A stretch of 42,967 nucleotides of DNA. Origin: a virus. Its lineage: Duplodnaviria > Caudoviricetes. The stretch is from positions 1 through 42,967 of IMG/VR virus record IMGVR_UViG_3300016643_000319; one strand, given 5' to 3'. Shown one piece after another: positions 1 through 9,506 of this stretch. The notes under the pieces were generated by a model, which made no database searches, was not told where the DNA came from, and saw only the letters and a list, made by a program, of their open reading frames with translations. How positions within the stretch are numbered: position 1 is the stretch's first letter; each line of letters opens with the position of its first letter. Made by a program: the position numbers and the translations under genes.

Positions 1-1914
1 TCAGCCCTTATAGCTATCATCGTTGGCGGCATTGCTCTGAGAGTCATCGTCCACTGCTTCGCCCCGCGCACTCGCAGCAAGACTTTGGAACTCATACGCT
101 TTCTCGGCTGACTCAATCTTCTCGACCCTTGCGGCTAGTGCGGAAACTTTCCGCTCATCACAGTAGAGAAGAGATCCGAGCAAGTTGAAGCTTTGGTTGC
201 TTTCGATATCAGAAGCACTTGCCATTGATAGAAAATCAGCAATTTTTGATGGGGAGCTCGCAAAAATCCGAGATTTCCCCTCAACAACACCAACCATAAC
301 CCGGTCCCAAGTGGCAAAAATAAATCCTTCATCGACACTGTTTTTTAAGAACGTACAAACCGAAGCATCATGATCAATAAGAATTGATGGGCTTGCGGGC
401 TTCCCATCTGCAACTTCTTGCCGTATATCAGCATCCCATCGTCCAACAGAGATTATTTCGATTCCAAACTCTTCGAGAATGCTCTCAATTTTATTCTCCA
501 CTCTCCGAGGAGGAGCACCTCCCACCAAACCAAAGTGCGACAAGAAATCCTTCAAAGAATAGTCATCCGCCAACTCCTTCTTATCCCTTAGATGGCTATA
601 GTGACTTATGTAGGAGTTATTCGAAGATTTTAAAATATCTCTATTCATTTCATTAAGAGCTGAATAGGTCTGCACGTACTCCAGCGCGTCCTTACCGTGA
701 AATACAATCTCATTAACATAGCAGCGCGGCACTGCCATTGAGATTTTATGGCTAGCGCATAATTGCTGTAGTGCAGCAGCAGCAATACTGTATCTAGACC
801 TTACTGATCCGAAGCAAAGGCCAAACAGCAATGGCATTGCGACGCTTGAGTCCAACAACATCTTAACGTCAGTCGTCCTCCCAAGCGCTCTATATATATC
901 AAATGTATTAGTTGAAAAAATATGATCTAGCGTTTTTCCGTACTGGGAAACTCTGGCTACCGAAAGTCTGGATAAATCTTCGTACAATTCGTTTTTTCTA
1001 CGAACCAGATTGTGATTGGAAATAAAATCTGCCAATGCTTCCTCTTGGACCCCATCACCGTTCAGCGCGCCTTCACGAGCGGAAATCTCAAGTGCCATCT
1101 CTATAACCTGCCGGGCATCCTCGCTACTAAGAAAGTATTTCTCAGCGATAGAAACAAGATCATGGCTAGTTGACTGCAAATAATCTTCCTCAGCCACTTC
1201 AATTAGTTTTCTGGCATAATCAGAAAGTTTATAGTATCCAGCATCAACAACAACATCCCCCTTGCCTGCCAGGCGTTCCAATGCATTTTTTGAGTCGTGC
1301 TCTATATCAACGCCCGGCAAGGCTTTAACGACTCCCGCTAATATATCTCCACTTTTTGAGGAGGGGTTTTTGTATAGAAATGCACGAACATTACTTTCAA
1401 TAACGTCTTGGCGCAGGTCCTTTGCCTCATTTGAAAAAAGCAGAAGATTACTAAGTGCAATTTCTTTAGGACTCGCGGCGATCCGCCCCTGCACCAAATA
1501 TCCGAGCCTTTCATACGCAGCTTTAATTACGCCAGGAGCAGAAAGGCTAGTTGATACTCTATTCAGATCAAAAACAGTAAGATCAACCTCTCCTTTTTGC
1601 CTGTATTTTTCATTTCGAAACAACGCTAAATCAACGTCTCGAATTGGCCGATTTGTGATGTAAATAAGATGCCGCTTGCCAGCTGCGCGAGTGGCGTCAG
1701 CCTCGTCATTAATCTTAATCGCCCAATCTTTTCTTACGCTCAGTTGAATTCGAAGGTCGGTTCGCGAACAGAGTACGTCTCGGCCACCATCGCCCGCGCC
1801 GTCAATAATGCTGAGCTCTTTGTAACCTTCACTTTGAAGAAACAGAAGGGCGATGTCATAAAACATTTTCTCCTCAACGTCTTGAATTGCTCGCCGTAGC
1901 CCAGAGAAATACAT
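1..1914 (-). CDS. Multidomain protein: N-terminal PD-(D/E)xK/Mrr-like nuclease fold, central helical/wHTH region, C-terminal PIN-like domain; candidate defence protein
   Basis: DGAGDGGRDV...IQLSVRKDW is REase-like. MLLDSSV, YVNEI, IDHDA and FATWD give a PIN-like acidic pattern. GAGGA lies 7 nt before ATG 1914 (the track starts at 1965). AT-rich. Confidence 0.6.
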   Translation of the reverse strand: MYFSGLRRAIQDVEEKMFYDIALLFLQSEGYKELSIIDGAGDGGRDVLCSRTDLRIQLSVRKDWAIKINDEADATRAAGKRHLIYITNRPIRDVDLALFRNEKYRQKGEVDLTVFDLNRVSTSLSAPGVIKAAYERLGYLVQGRIAASPKEIALSNLLLFSNEAKDLRQDVIESNVRAFLYKNPSSKSGDILAGVVKALPGVDIEHDSKNALERLAGKGDVVVDAGYYKLSDYARKLIEVAEEDYLQSTSHDLVSIAEKYFLSSEDARQVIEMALEISAREGALNGDGVQEEALADFISNHNLVRRKNELYEDLSRLSVARVSQYGKTLDHIFSTNTFDIYRALGRTTDVKMLLDSSVAMPLLFGLCFGSVRSRYSIAAAALQQLCASHKISMAVPRCYVNEIVFHGKDALEYVQTYSALNEMNRDILKSSNNSYISHYSHLRDKKELADDYSLKDFLSHFGLVGGAPPRRVENKIESILEEFGIEIISVGRWDADIRQEVADGKPASPSILIDHDASVCTFLKNSVDEGFIFATWDRVMVGVVEGKSRIFASSPSKIADFLSMASASDIESNQSFNLLGSLLYCDERKVSALAARVEKIESAEKAYEFQSLAASARGEAVDDDSQSNAANDDSYKG

Positions 1915-2469
1915 GATCTTGTCCTCATCGAAATCGTTACAGATGCTAAATAGATTGGGGTCCATCCCCAGCTATTGCCTGCGAGGCGTAGAATGGTAAT
2001 TGCCTGGTGTGAATTTAGCAGATGTTTACCAGAACCAGCCACGAATTTGCTAATGCGTGAACGCGCTGGGCGAGGCCACATGCGGTGGCTAAAGGCGATT
2101 CAAAACGATCCAGAAGAATGTTCGATAGAGAGAAACCATCTGGATGAAATTTCATGAGTCCAGTTTATTAATGCTCTGCGTCGACTCTACTGCTGGATTG
2201 GGGCGGTCCGCGCTTCTAAGCACGAAGAAGTACTGAGCGAATGGCTGCTTCTGGCCAGCTGCTGCCGTTCATTGAAGGCGGCTGAGGATCGCATACGACC
2301 GCAGGGAAGCCAGTTAAACGATCCGTCCGATGATGGACGTAGCCCTCCCCAAAGCCGCCACTACCCCTGCTTTCGAGGCGTTGAGCGGCCTTTCTCGTAG
2401 CAATTTTTTAGCAAGCACCAATTTACTATGCCGCTGCTATGCTTAGCCCTTTTAGGCGGGGTGACACAC

Positions 2470-2682
2470 ATGGCAAGGGAATACTCACTCCCAGACTTGC
2501 TTGAACGAATGTATGAGAATCAGCTTGCGTTGGAAGCAGCTCTGATGGAGTTGGCTCTCCAAAGCGAAAAGCAAGGCATGGATGAGGTTGGTGACAACGT
2601 ACGTGGCGCTCTATTCGTGATCGGCGAAAACGCTGGGCATATCAAGCAGGGCTTGGCGAAGCTACGAACTAACCGTCTCTGA
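2470..2682 (+). CDS. Small helical hypothetical protein (70 aa) of a type common at Pseudomonas prophage/island ends
   Basis: ORF MAREYSLPDLLERMYENQLALEAALMEL..., with GGGGTG upstream of ATG 2470. Confidence 0.65.
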   Translation: MAREYSLPDLLERMYENQLALEAALMELALQSEKQGMDEVGDNVRGALFVIGENAGHIKQGLAKLRTNRL

Positions 2683-2713
2683 CAAAGCACACCCCGATTG
2701 TGTAGGAGTATGC

Positions 2714-2837
2714 GGGGGATTTTGGGGGATAGACCCGTGGTTGCGGGCTGTGACGCCCGCCCAAGACAGGTTGCATAAATGCATAATGGGCATTGGATGG
2801 CATAGATTGGCGTATGGTTTGCCCCATTTTTGCCCCA
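2714..2837. repeat. Two pairs of short tandem direct repeats, possible integrase arm-type sites
   Basis: GGGGGAT at 2714 and 2724, and TTTGCCCCA at 2818 and 2829; 10-11 bp period in non-coding DNA. Confidence 0.35.
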
Positions 2838-2877
2838 GTCATTCCTCTCTTATCAATTGAGAGACCTCATGCTACCG

Positions 2878-3417
2878 TTAAAACTCCTTCATAAGGACTC
2901 GTACAAGCTCCACCGCAAAGTAAACGATCAAGGTCGCGGCAGCGAGAAGTCCGGATAGCACCGAGGTCCCAAAAAAAAACATCCACCAACGGCGTCCTTT
3001 TTTACTGAAGGCTGCGCCGACACTTTGAAGCTGCACGATTGTTTGAGGGCCGTGTGACTTTGCTAAAATACTCTGAACCTCATGGAAGTATTTAGCAGTC
3101 CAGAACGCCTTTATTATTTCCCAAGCGATGAAGATCGTAAGGGAAACAGTTATAAGTAGCCCACATACCGCAAAGGTCCACTGGGGTATCTTCGCGACGA
3201 GCGTCGACCAGAATGCAAAATATCCAGCATATCCTGCAACCATGATGAGATTTGTATAACTCGCCTGATTGCTCATCTGTTTTTCTTGCAATTGAACAAA
3301 GGCTTCGATTTGCTTATCAGTCGCACTATTTACCTTGAGGGCGTGAACATCCTCATTAAGCGCATCGATCGCTCTAGCTATTTGTTCAGACCACTCTTCA
3401 AAGGGGAGTTGACTCAC
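2878..3417 (-). CDS. Membrane protein with about 3 TM helices (accessory gene)
   Basis: Hydrophobic segments LIMVAGYAGYFAFW, FAVCGLLITVSLTIFIAW and FFFGTSVLSGLLAAATLIVYFAV. GTG start 38 nt after the upstream gene. AT-rich. Confidence 0.75.
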   Translation of the reverse strand: MSQLPFEEWSEQIARAIDALNEDVHALKVNSATDKQIEAFVQLQEKQMSNQASYTNLIMVAGYAGYFAFWSTLVAKIPQWTFAVCGLLITVSLTIFIAWEIIKAFWTAKYFHEVQSILAKSHGPQTIVQLQSVGAAFSKKGRRWWMFFFGTSVLSGLLAAATLIVYFAVELVRVLMKEF

Positions 3418-3455
3418 ATCCTAGCCCTACCTATTTAAAGTTCAAAATACATATC

Positions 3456-4145
3456 TTACGAGAGCCCTAAGCTTTTCTTAACAAGATCCCCAATGACCGG
3501 CCAAATAACAGGTTGCATACCTGCCCAAGCGGGACCGCATACTTTTTCAAGTATACTTTTAGCATTTTTGCCATTACCTTCACTTGCCTCCTCTATGGCT
3601 GAAATTAAGTCCTTACGATTTTCAGATGAGACATTTAGTCCTTGCCCCTCTAAAATACCGATCAGCTTCAGCAAAGTATCGCCACTCTCACCATTAGCCA
3701 CATCCATTTTTTGAGCTGTATTATCGCCAGCTGCAAGTTGTAGATTCGTGAAGTTTCCGCCAGAGATATGGACATTATTCACAGTACGCTGAGTGGTATT
3801 AGGCCGATTAGGTGCCTTTCGAGCAGCCTTATAGCCAAGCTCTGTAAGACCTGCATATTCCCGCTTACTGTAGCCACCTATAAAAATTACGCCACTATTA
3901 GGTGCATTATCAATAACTGCATAAGGCCCAGTACTTATTAATCGCTTATTTTCAAGATCTGCAAATGCGATATCAAAATCAACTTGTGTAATCTCATCTC
4001 CAGCACAGATTGCTGCTGCCAAAGCAGAGACTTGCGGCCCCTCGTATCCGGCACTTAATTTTTCAGCATTTAGCCCGCGACTTGAAAAGTCGACTAACAG
4101 TGCGCCCAGGATTTGTTTTTCAGCTTCATCTAAATGTGCGGCCAT
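3456..4145 (-). CDS. Hypothetical protein: wHTH-like N-terminus, N/G/Q-rich beta-prone linker, helical C-terminus
   Basis: AAGGA precedes ATG 4145. GLTELG is a wing-type ending, followed by NNVHISGGNFTNLQLAAGDNTAQ. AT-rich. Confidence 0.7.
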   Translation of the reverse strand: MAAHLDEAEKQILGALLVDFSSRGLNAEKLSAGYEGPQVSALAAAICAGDEITQVDFDIAFADLENKRLISTGPYAVIDNAPNSGVIFIGGYSKREYAGLTELGYKAARKAPNRPNTTQRTVNNVHISGGNFTNLQLAAGDNTAQKMDVANGESGDTLLKLIGILEGQGLNVSSENRKDLISAIEEASEGNGKNAKSILEKVCGPAWAGMQPVIWPVIGDLVKKSLGLS

Positions 4146-4322
4146 ACTCATTCCTTTTTCGAAGGGTCCATTGCAAAACTTACTAACAGGCGTTAGTGGC
4201 AGAATGCTTAATGTGGCATGAGAATGTAGACAAACACAACCAGGTTTGAAGCACGATGCCATCATGAGCATACTCATGATCTGAAAGAGTTTGTGCAGAA
4301 CTCCTTTTCCGCCCAGGTCCCA

Positions 4323-5600
4323 TCATCTGCAGGCAACCGACCAAAGCTGGTCCAGCTTCGTGGTATAGCTTTGACTCATCATTTCGCGGCGCATACCCCA
4401 AATAGGATTCATCGGCACGCTGGCAGAGCGCAACGTTCCCCTTCCCCATCGCTCGTTGATTTGATCCAGCACCGTCATAACTTTTGTGGCTTCGGCCGGC
4501 TGCGATGTTGCAAATAGATCGTCGGTGTACTCACCTGATTGACACAGGTTCAGCAGCATTACTTCGGCCTTGCTGTACCTAAATCCTGGCCGGAAGATTC
4601 GATCAAGCGCGTCGACCGCTGCTTTGGTAAGTAGACGCACGTCATCGGTCGGGTATGGCATGTCCACTAGCACCCCGTTGGCATACTTCGCTTCTTCCGG
4701 GTTGAACATGCCTGTACGGATGCAGACGCGCACCTTCTTGCACAGCGAATTCTGGGCGCGGAGCTTTTCAGAAGCACGCATCATGTAGGTGGCCACCGCC
4801 TCTTTGATAGATGGCAGCTCCGTCAGCCGCTGGCCGAACATGCGACTGCAGCAGATCTCCTGCTTGGGCGGATCCGGTACCTCTAGCTCCAGACAAGGCT
4901 TACCGGCCAGCTCCCTTGCTGTCTTCTCGATCACTACGCTGAACTTCTTGCGGAGGGTCCACGGGTCGGCCTTAGCGAGGTCCATGGCCGACTTAATGCC
5001 CAAGGCGCCAAGATGGAGTTTCATTTTGCGGCCGACACCCCACACCTCTGCCACATCGGTATTGCGCAGCACCCAGTCACGCTTAACCGGGTCGGTGATA
5101 TTTACCACCCCGCCAGTCTGCGACTGCAGACGCTTCGCGGTGTGGTTTGCCAGCTTCGCCAGGGTCTTTGTATGAGCGATGCCAACACCAACAGGAATGC
5201 CGGTGCAGCGAAGTACATGGGCGCGGATCCCTCGGCCCAAGGCATCCAGTCCACCGATGCCAGTCAGGTCGGCGAATGCCTCATCGATGCTATACACCTC
5301 AACTGCCGGTACCATCGCCTCGATCAGGCTCATCACGCGTTCGCTCATGTCACCGTACAGCGCATAGTTGGAGGAGAACGCGACAATGCCGTGCTGCCTG
5401 AGCTTGTGCTTGATCTGGAAATACGGCTCGCCCATCTTGATGAACGGCTTGGCGTCGTAGCTGCGAGCAATGACACAGCCGTCGTTATTGCTCAGCACCA
5501 CGATGGGCACTTTCGCCAGGTCCGGCCGGAACACCCGCTCGCAACTGGCATAGAAGCTGTTGCAGTCGATCAGCGCAAAGGTCGGTTCTTGCTTAGACAT
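4323..5600 (-). CDS. umuC: Y-family DNA polymerase V catalytic subunit (UmuC/RulB)
   Basis: Motifs [25 protein letters not shown] and YSIDEAF; C-terminal [12 protein letters not shown]. Confidence 0.96.
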   Translation of the reverse strand: MSKQEPTFALIDCNSFYASCERVFRPDLAKVPIVVLSNNDGCVIARSYDAKPFIKMGEPYFQIKHKLRQHGIVAFSSNYALYGDMSERVMSLIEAMVPAVEVYSIDEAFADLTGIGGLDALGRGIRAHVLRCTGIPVGVGIAHTKTLAKLANHTAKRLQSQTGGVVNITDPVKRDWVLRNTDVAEVWGVGRKMKLHLGALGIKSAMDLAKADPWTLRKKFSVVIEKTARELAGKPCLELEVPDPPKQEICCSRMFGQRLTELPSIKEAVATYMMRASEKLRAQNSLCKKVRVCIRTGMFNPEEAKYANGVLVDMPYPTDDVRLLTKAAVDALDRIFRPGFRYSKAEVMLLNLCQSGEYTDDLFATSQPAEATKVMTVLDQINERWGRGTLRSASVPMNPIWGMRREMMSQSYTTKLDQLWSVACR

Positions 5601-6018
5601 GGCTGCGCACTGTGCTGGTGATCACGCCCCAAATTGACAGCTCATCCCCTTCAAGAACGTAACGCGCCGGGTATTTGGGGTTCTCTGATAGAAGGATCAC
5701 CTCCCGGCCGCGCTTACATAGGCGCTTGCAGACCGGCTCATTATTCAGCAGCGCCACTACCACATGCCCATGAGCAGGCTCAATGGCACGATCCACCACC
5801 GCGAGATCACCTTCGAAGATACCAATCCCCTGCATGCTTTCCCCGGTGATTGCTACCAGGTACACATGCGGTGCGCGGATATTCAGAACCTCATCCAATG
5901 AGATGTGCTGCTCAATATGATCCGCTGCCGGCGATGGAAAACCGGCTGGAACCTGGAACGAGCACATAGGCAGCTTTGCGCCTGCCTCAGCGATAGGACC
6001 TAGAATGGTGAAGCTCAT
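5593..6018 (-). CDS. umuD: Pol V accessory subunit (UmuD/RulA), S24 autopeptidase
   Basis: AGFPSPA cleavage region, GESM serine, CKRL lysine; overlaps the umuC start. Confidence 0.95.
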   Translation of the reverse strand: MSFTILGPIAEAGAKLPMCSFQVPAGFPSPAADHIEQHISLDEVLNIRAPHVYLVAITGESMQGIGIFEGDLAVVDRAIEPAHGHVVVALLNNEPVCKRLCKRGREVILLSENPKYPARYVLEGDELSIWGVITSTVRSHV

Positions 6019-6038
6019 GATGCGGCCTTTTACAGATA

Positions 6039-6054
6039 CTGTACGAATGTACAG
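6039..6054. promoter_or_regulatory. LexA (SOS) box between divergent umuD and SRAP genes
   Basis: CTGTACGAATGTACAG matches CTGT-N8-ACAG. Confidence 0.88.
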
Positions 6055-6119
6055 TTAACTTTGTAGGGCGCTTGCGGTCAATTTTTCTGTAGGGGATTTC
6101 GACAGGCGGAGAGGTGCGT

Positions 6120-6821
6120 ATGTGCGGACGATTCGTGCAGTACGAAGGGATGGCGATCTTCATTGAAGAACTGAGCCCCCAGATAGAGCTGTTCAGCGGT
6201 TACGACGCTCAGTCTATTGATCGCTACAACGTCGCGCCGTCGACACGGGTGCAGGTGCTACACGCCGCAGAGGATGGGCTGCATATTGATGCAGTCAAAT
6301 GGGGATGGGCGCCGTTCTGGGCCAAGGGCAAGCGCCCCGATCCGATCAACGCCCGTGTAGAGACGGTCACCACGGGAAAGTTCTTCAAGCAACTTTGGCC
6401 GAAAGGCCGAGCCCTGGTGCCGAGTGAAGGGTGGTACGAGTGGGTCAAAGACCCTGACGATCCGAAGAGAAAGCAGCCCTACTTCATTCGCCTGAAGAGT
6501 CAGAAGCCCATGTTCTTTGGCGCGCTCGCCCAAGTTCATCCTGGCCTAGATCCCCAAGACGGCGATGGGTTCGTGATCATCACCGCCGCCAGCGATCAGG
6601 GCATGGTGGACATCCACGACCGCAAGCCGCTGGTGCTGACACCTGAGCACGCCAGGGAATGGATCGAACCCGGCCTTACCCCAGGCCGGGCCGAGGAAAT
6701 AGCGAAGGAATGTTGCCAGCCTGTGGAGGACTTTGAGTGGTATGCCGTTGGCAAAGCAGTGGGGAGTGTGAAAAACCAGGGGGCTGACTTACTGCTGCCT
6801 GTACCACCCAGGGATGTTTGA
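6120..6821 (+). CDS. SRAP family (YedK/HMCES-like) abasic-site protecting protein
   Basis: N-terminal MCGRF, plus RYNVAP, INARVET, GWYEW and IHDRKP motifs. Confidence 0.93.
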   Translation: MCGRFVQYEGMAIFIEELSPQIELFSGYDAQSIDRYNVAPSTRVQVLHAAEDGLHIDAVKWGWAPFWAKGKRPDPINARVETVTTGKFFKQLWPKGRALVPSEGWYEWVKDPDDPKRKQPYFIRLKSQKPMFFGALAQVHPGLDPQDGDGFVIITAASDQGMVDIHDRKPLVLTPEHAREWIEPGLTPGRAEEIAKECCQPVEDFEWYAVGKAVGSVKNQGADLLLPVPPRDV

Positions 6822-6826
6822 CGCTA

Positions 6827-7621
6827 TCAGAACAGTCCTCCCAATGCGGCTGGCTCCCAGTTCATGATCACCAGTTCACCGCTAACCTCACTCTTTCCTT
6901 GTCGTTGGTTGGATGTGGTGTATCGAATGTCCACCATCTCAAAGTGAAACCCCTCAAACACACGCCGGATATCAGGGTGATCGTTGATGCTGACCATCAC
7001 CTTGCCTTTGCAGCGCCGCATAAAGTCGGCCATGCGCTCGTAATTCTCAAATGGAAAGTCCACGCCATAACCAGCCGTCTGCCAGTAAGGTGGATCCATG
7101 TAGTGGAAGGTATGGGCACGGTCATACCGCTCGGCACATTCAAGCCAGCCCAAGTTTTCAACATAAGTGCCGGACAACCGCTGCCATGCTGCAGACAAGT
7201 TCTCCTCAATCCGCAGCAGGTTGATGGCCGGGCCGGTCGTTGCAGTGCCGAACGTCTGGCCCGTCACTTTGCCGGCGAAGGCATGGTGCTGCAGGTAAAA
7301 GAATCGGGCGGCGCGCTGGATGTCGGTGAGGGTTTCTGGGCGGGTCATCTTCTGCCACTCGAACACCTGCCGGGAACTGAGCGCCCACTTGAACTGGCGG
7401 ACGAATTCCTCTAGGTGATTCTGCACTACGCGGTAGAGCGTCACCAGGTCGCCGTTGATGTCATTGAGGACCTCGACCGGCGCTGCCTGGGGACGCATGA
7501 AATAGAGCGCGGCGCCACCGGCAAAGACTTCAACGTAGCACTCGTGAGGTGGGAATAGCGGGATAAGACGGTCGGCCAGGCGGCGTTTGCCGCCCATCCA
7601 AGGGACGATGGGTGTGGACAT
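6827..7621 (-). CDS. DNA adenine methyltransferase (D12/Dam-like), orphan
   Basis: PWMGGK, EVFAGG, LNDIN and YMDPPY motifs; start taken at MSTPIVPW. Confidence 0.93.
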   Translation of the reverse strand: MSTPIVPWMGGKRRLADRLIPLFPPHECYVEVFAGGAALYFMRPQAAPVEVLNDINGDLVTLYRVVQNHLEEFVRQFKWALSSRQVFEWQKMTRPETLTDIQRAARFFYLQHHAFAGKVTGQTFGTATTGPAINLLRIEENLSAAWQRLSGTYVENLGWLECAERYDRAHTFHYMDPPYWQTAGYGVDFPFENYERMADFMRRCKGKVMVSINDHPDIRRVFEGFHFEMVDIRYTTSNQRQGKSEVSGELVIMNWEPAALGGLF

Positions 7622-7637
7622 GGGTGCAAGACCTTTA

Positions 7638-7653
7638 CTGTATGGATGAACAG
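7638..7653. promoter_or_regulatory. LexA box directly upstream of the methyltransferase
   Basis: CTGTATGGATGAACAG matches CTGT-N8-ACAG, 16 nt from the ATG. Confidence 0.75.
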
Positions 7654-7812
7654 GTGCTAGGCTCGCCGTGCTTTGTGCACAAGGCAGGAGCCATGGCCGG
7701 GCTTGCAGGGTTGGTCTGCGGGTTTGGCGAGCCGGTATGAATGTTGACGCATCCATCCGGCTCGTTCCTTTTTACAAAATCATTTCATCGCGCACCCTCG
7801 GGGATCTTGCCA

Positions 7813-8349
7813 ATGAACAAAAAACCTAGCAATTTTAAAAGGGATACGATTGCCTTAATAAGTAAATTTCCAAGTGAATTTATCTTAGCCTCTCTACTGG
7901 GAACTCTACCGACTGTATTCTTTAGCTCTACCGAAAAAGATGTTAATGAAATCGTACAAGGTCTCCTTGCAATCGGCCCACTAATTCAGTACTCGGCATA
8001 TCTTATTGCTCCTTACGCCCTAGTATTTATCATTAAGTATGGTATACGGTTCAGCTCTGACAAAAGCATAGACACCTTTAATTTTATCCATAAAAATATT
8101 GCAGAAGTAGGAGCAGGATTTCTTACTATCACCAGAACTGGCTTAGGTGCAACACTTGGAGTTTTAGTATTAGGGCTGACCACTGATATTATTACGATCA
8201 ACAGCCAGCAAATAATAACATTAACCGTGATGATACTTTCACTCACCCTTACTAATTGCGCGCTCGCCCTTGGGAAGGATACGTTAATAGAGCAAACCAC
8301 CAGACCATATATAAAAAACCCTATTAAGTTTAGCCCTAGCTTAAAGTAA
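7813..8349 (+). CDS. AT-rich membrane protein with about 4 TM helices (moron), opposite strand to the late operon
   Basis: Four hydrophobic segments, very AT-rich. Its stop abuts the Rz stop with no gap. Confidence 0.72.
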   Translation: MNKKPSNFKRDTIALISKFPSEFILASLLGTLPTVFFSSTEKDVNEIVQGLLAIGPLIQYSAYLIAPYALVFIIKYGIRFSSDKSIDTFNFIHKNIAEVGAGFLTITRTGLGATLGVLVLGLTTDIITINSQQIITLTVMILSLTLTNCALALGKDTLIEQTTRPYIKNPIKFSPSLK

Positions 8350-8898
8350 TCATTCATGGTGCCGGAGGGATATAGTCGTAACGTAAGCTTGGCAAGCTTT
8401 AAGCGCAATCAATCCTTGGTCGCCGGTATCGGTGATTCCGATAATTCGTTGAGCATGCGCTGGGTCAAGTTGGGCTCTTGTGGTGCCATGAACCACGCGG
8501 CCGGAGGCGGGGGTGGTTGGCATTGCACAGCTGCCGGTGGTCTCAGTGGCGGCGAGTACGACTGACAGCCGCAGATCAGCAGTAGCCAGGCGATCACGCA
8601 GACGAGCCTGCTTGGTTTGCTCATCGGTCAGTTCCTTGTGGTGGGTTTCGTCTTTGTTCTGCAGGCGTAGCTCCAGGGCCAGGCGTTTGTCCTGCTCGAT
8701 GCGCTGCAGGTCAGCAGACGCTTTGGATATCTCGTTGAGGGTGTCCGCCTGCAGCCGGGCCTGGCGCTCCAACACACGGCCATAACGCCAGTCCTGCGCA
8801 GTCCAGGCCAACGCCGCGGATCCGGCGGCGACCATCAGCAACAAGCCGCCGACGACAGTGATTCGAAACTGCACAGGAATCAGGTCGAAGAGACGCAT
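8350..8898 (-). CDS. i-spanin (Rz-like)
   Basis: N-terminal TM followed by coiled coil and C-terminal LKACQAY; directly after the endolysin. Confidence 0.88.
   Translation of the reverse strand: MRLFDLIPVQFRITVVGGLLLMVAAGSAALAWTAQDWRYGRVLERQARLQADTLNEISKASADLQRIEQDKRLALELRLQNKDETHHKELTDEQTKQARLRDRLATADLRLSVVLAATETTGSCAMPTTPASGRVVHGTTRAQLDPAHAQRIIGITDTGDQGLIALKACQAYVTTISLRHHE
8409..8624 (-). CDS. o-spanin lipoprotein (Rz1-like), embedded in Rz
   Basis: Signal peptide with lipobox LICG-C and a Pro-rich mature part, in an alternative frame inside Rz. Confidence 0.85.
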   Translation of the reverse strand: MSKPSRLVCVIAWLLLICGCQSYSPPLRPPAAVQCQPPPPPAAWFMAPQEPNLTQRMLNELSESPIPATKD

Positions 8899-9443
8899 AA
8901 CACTGCCCTCGCCCTGCCCCATAGCTGCAGCCGATCCTCCAGGCCGTTGAGGCCGCCATTGATCCGGCGGGTGATGGTGTTGAACTGATCCTGATCCGCG
9001 AGCGCATTCAACCCGTTCACCGACCAGAACCACGCCGCCGAATCTGCTGCCCATTGCGGCTGCTCGAGCAGCTCCGGTGTGCGTAACAATCGCTCATCGC
9101 CAAACAGCGCCAAGCTGCAGCGCAGGTAGTTGTCGTGACCGGTGACCTGAATCAGGCCACGACCACGGTAGCGCTGACCATCACCGTCGGCTTCGGACGT
9201 GTTACCGAGCTTGGCCGCCAGGGCGCCGGTGTCGTATTTGCTGAGGTACTGATCGCTGCCCAGTTCGCGTACGTATTGCAACTGACCAGACTCGTGGCCG
9301 ACCTGGGCGAGGAATGCGGCCTGGCGCTTGGGCGTATTGATCTTCCTGTTGATCATCGCTGCATTTAGAGCAGATACAAAAACGCCCGCTTGGCGGCGGG
9401 CGTTGGGCATGATGCGTTGAAGTTGTTGCTCGGTGATGGGCAT
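8880..9443 (-). CDS. Endolysin, glycoside hydrolase family 19
   Basis: AAFLAQVGHES, YRGRGLIQVTG, SAAWFW and TRRINGG motifs. Confidence 0.94.
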   Translation of the reverse strand: MPITEQQLQRIMPNARRQAGVFVSALNAAMINRKINTPKRQAAFLAQVGHESGQLQYVRELGSDQYLSKYDTGALAAKLGNTSEADGDGQRYRGRGLIQVTGHDNYLRCSLALFGDERLLRTPELLEQPQWAADSAAWFWSVNGLNALADQDQFNTITRRINGGLNGLEDRLQLWGRARAVLCVSST

Positions 9444-9459
9444 GGCTGTTTCCCAAGGT

Positions 9460-9483
9460 AAAAAAAGACCGCTCAATGGCGGC
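9460..9483 (-). terminator. Intrinsic terminator-like hairpin before the endolysin
   Basis: Minus strand GCCGC-CATTGA-GCGGT, then C and a T-run. Confidence 0.55.
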
Positions 9484-9506
9484 GGGTGTGAAACGGATAC
9501 TGCTGG

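Noticed and set aside
1-7621. REase-like gene plus adenine MTase as a type II restriction-modification pair
   Set aside because: They are about 5 kb apart and differ in composition, and the MTase is a typical phage orphan with its own LexA box.
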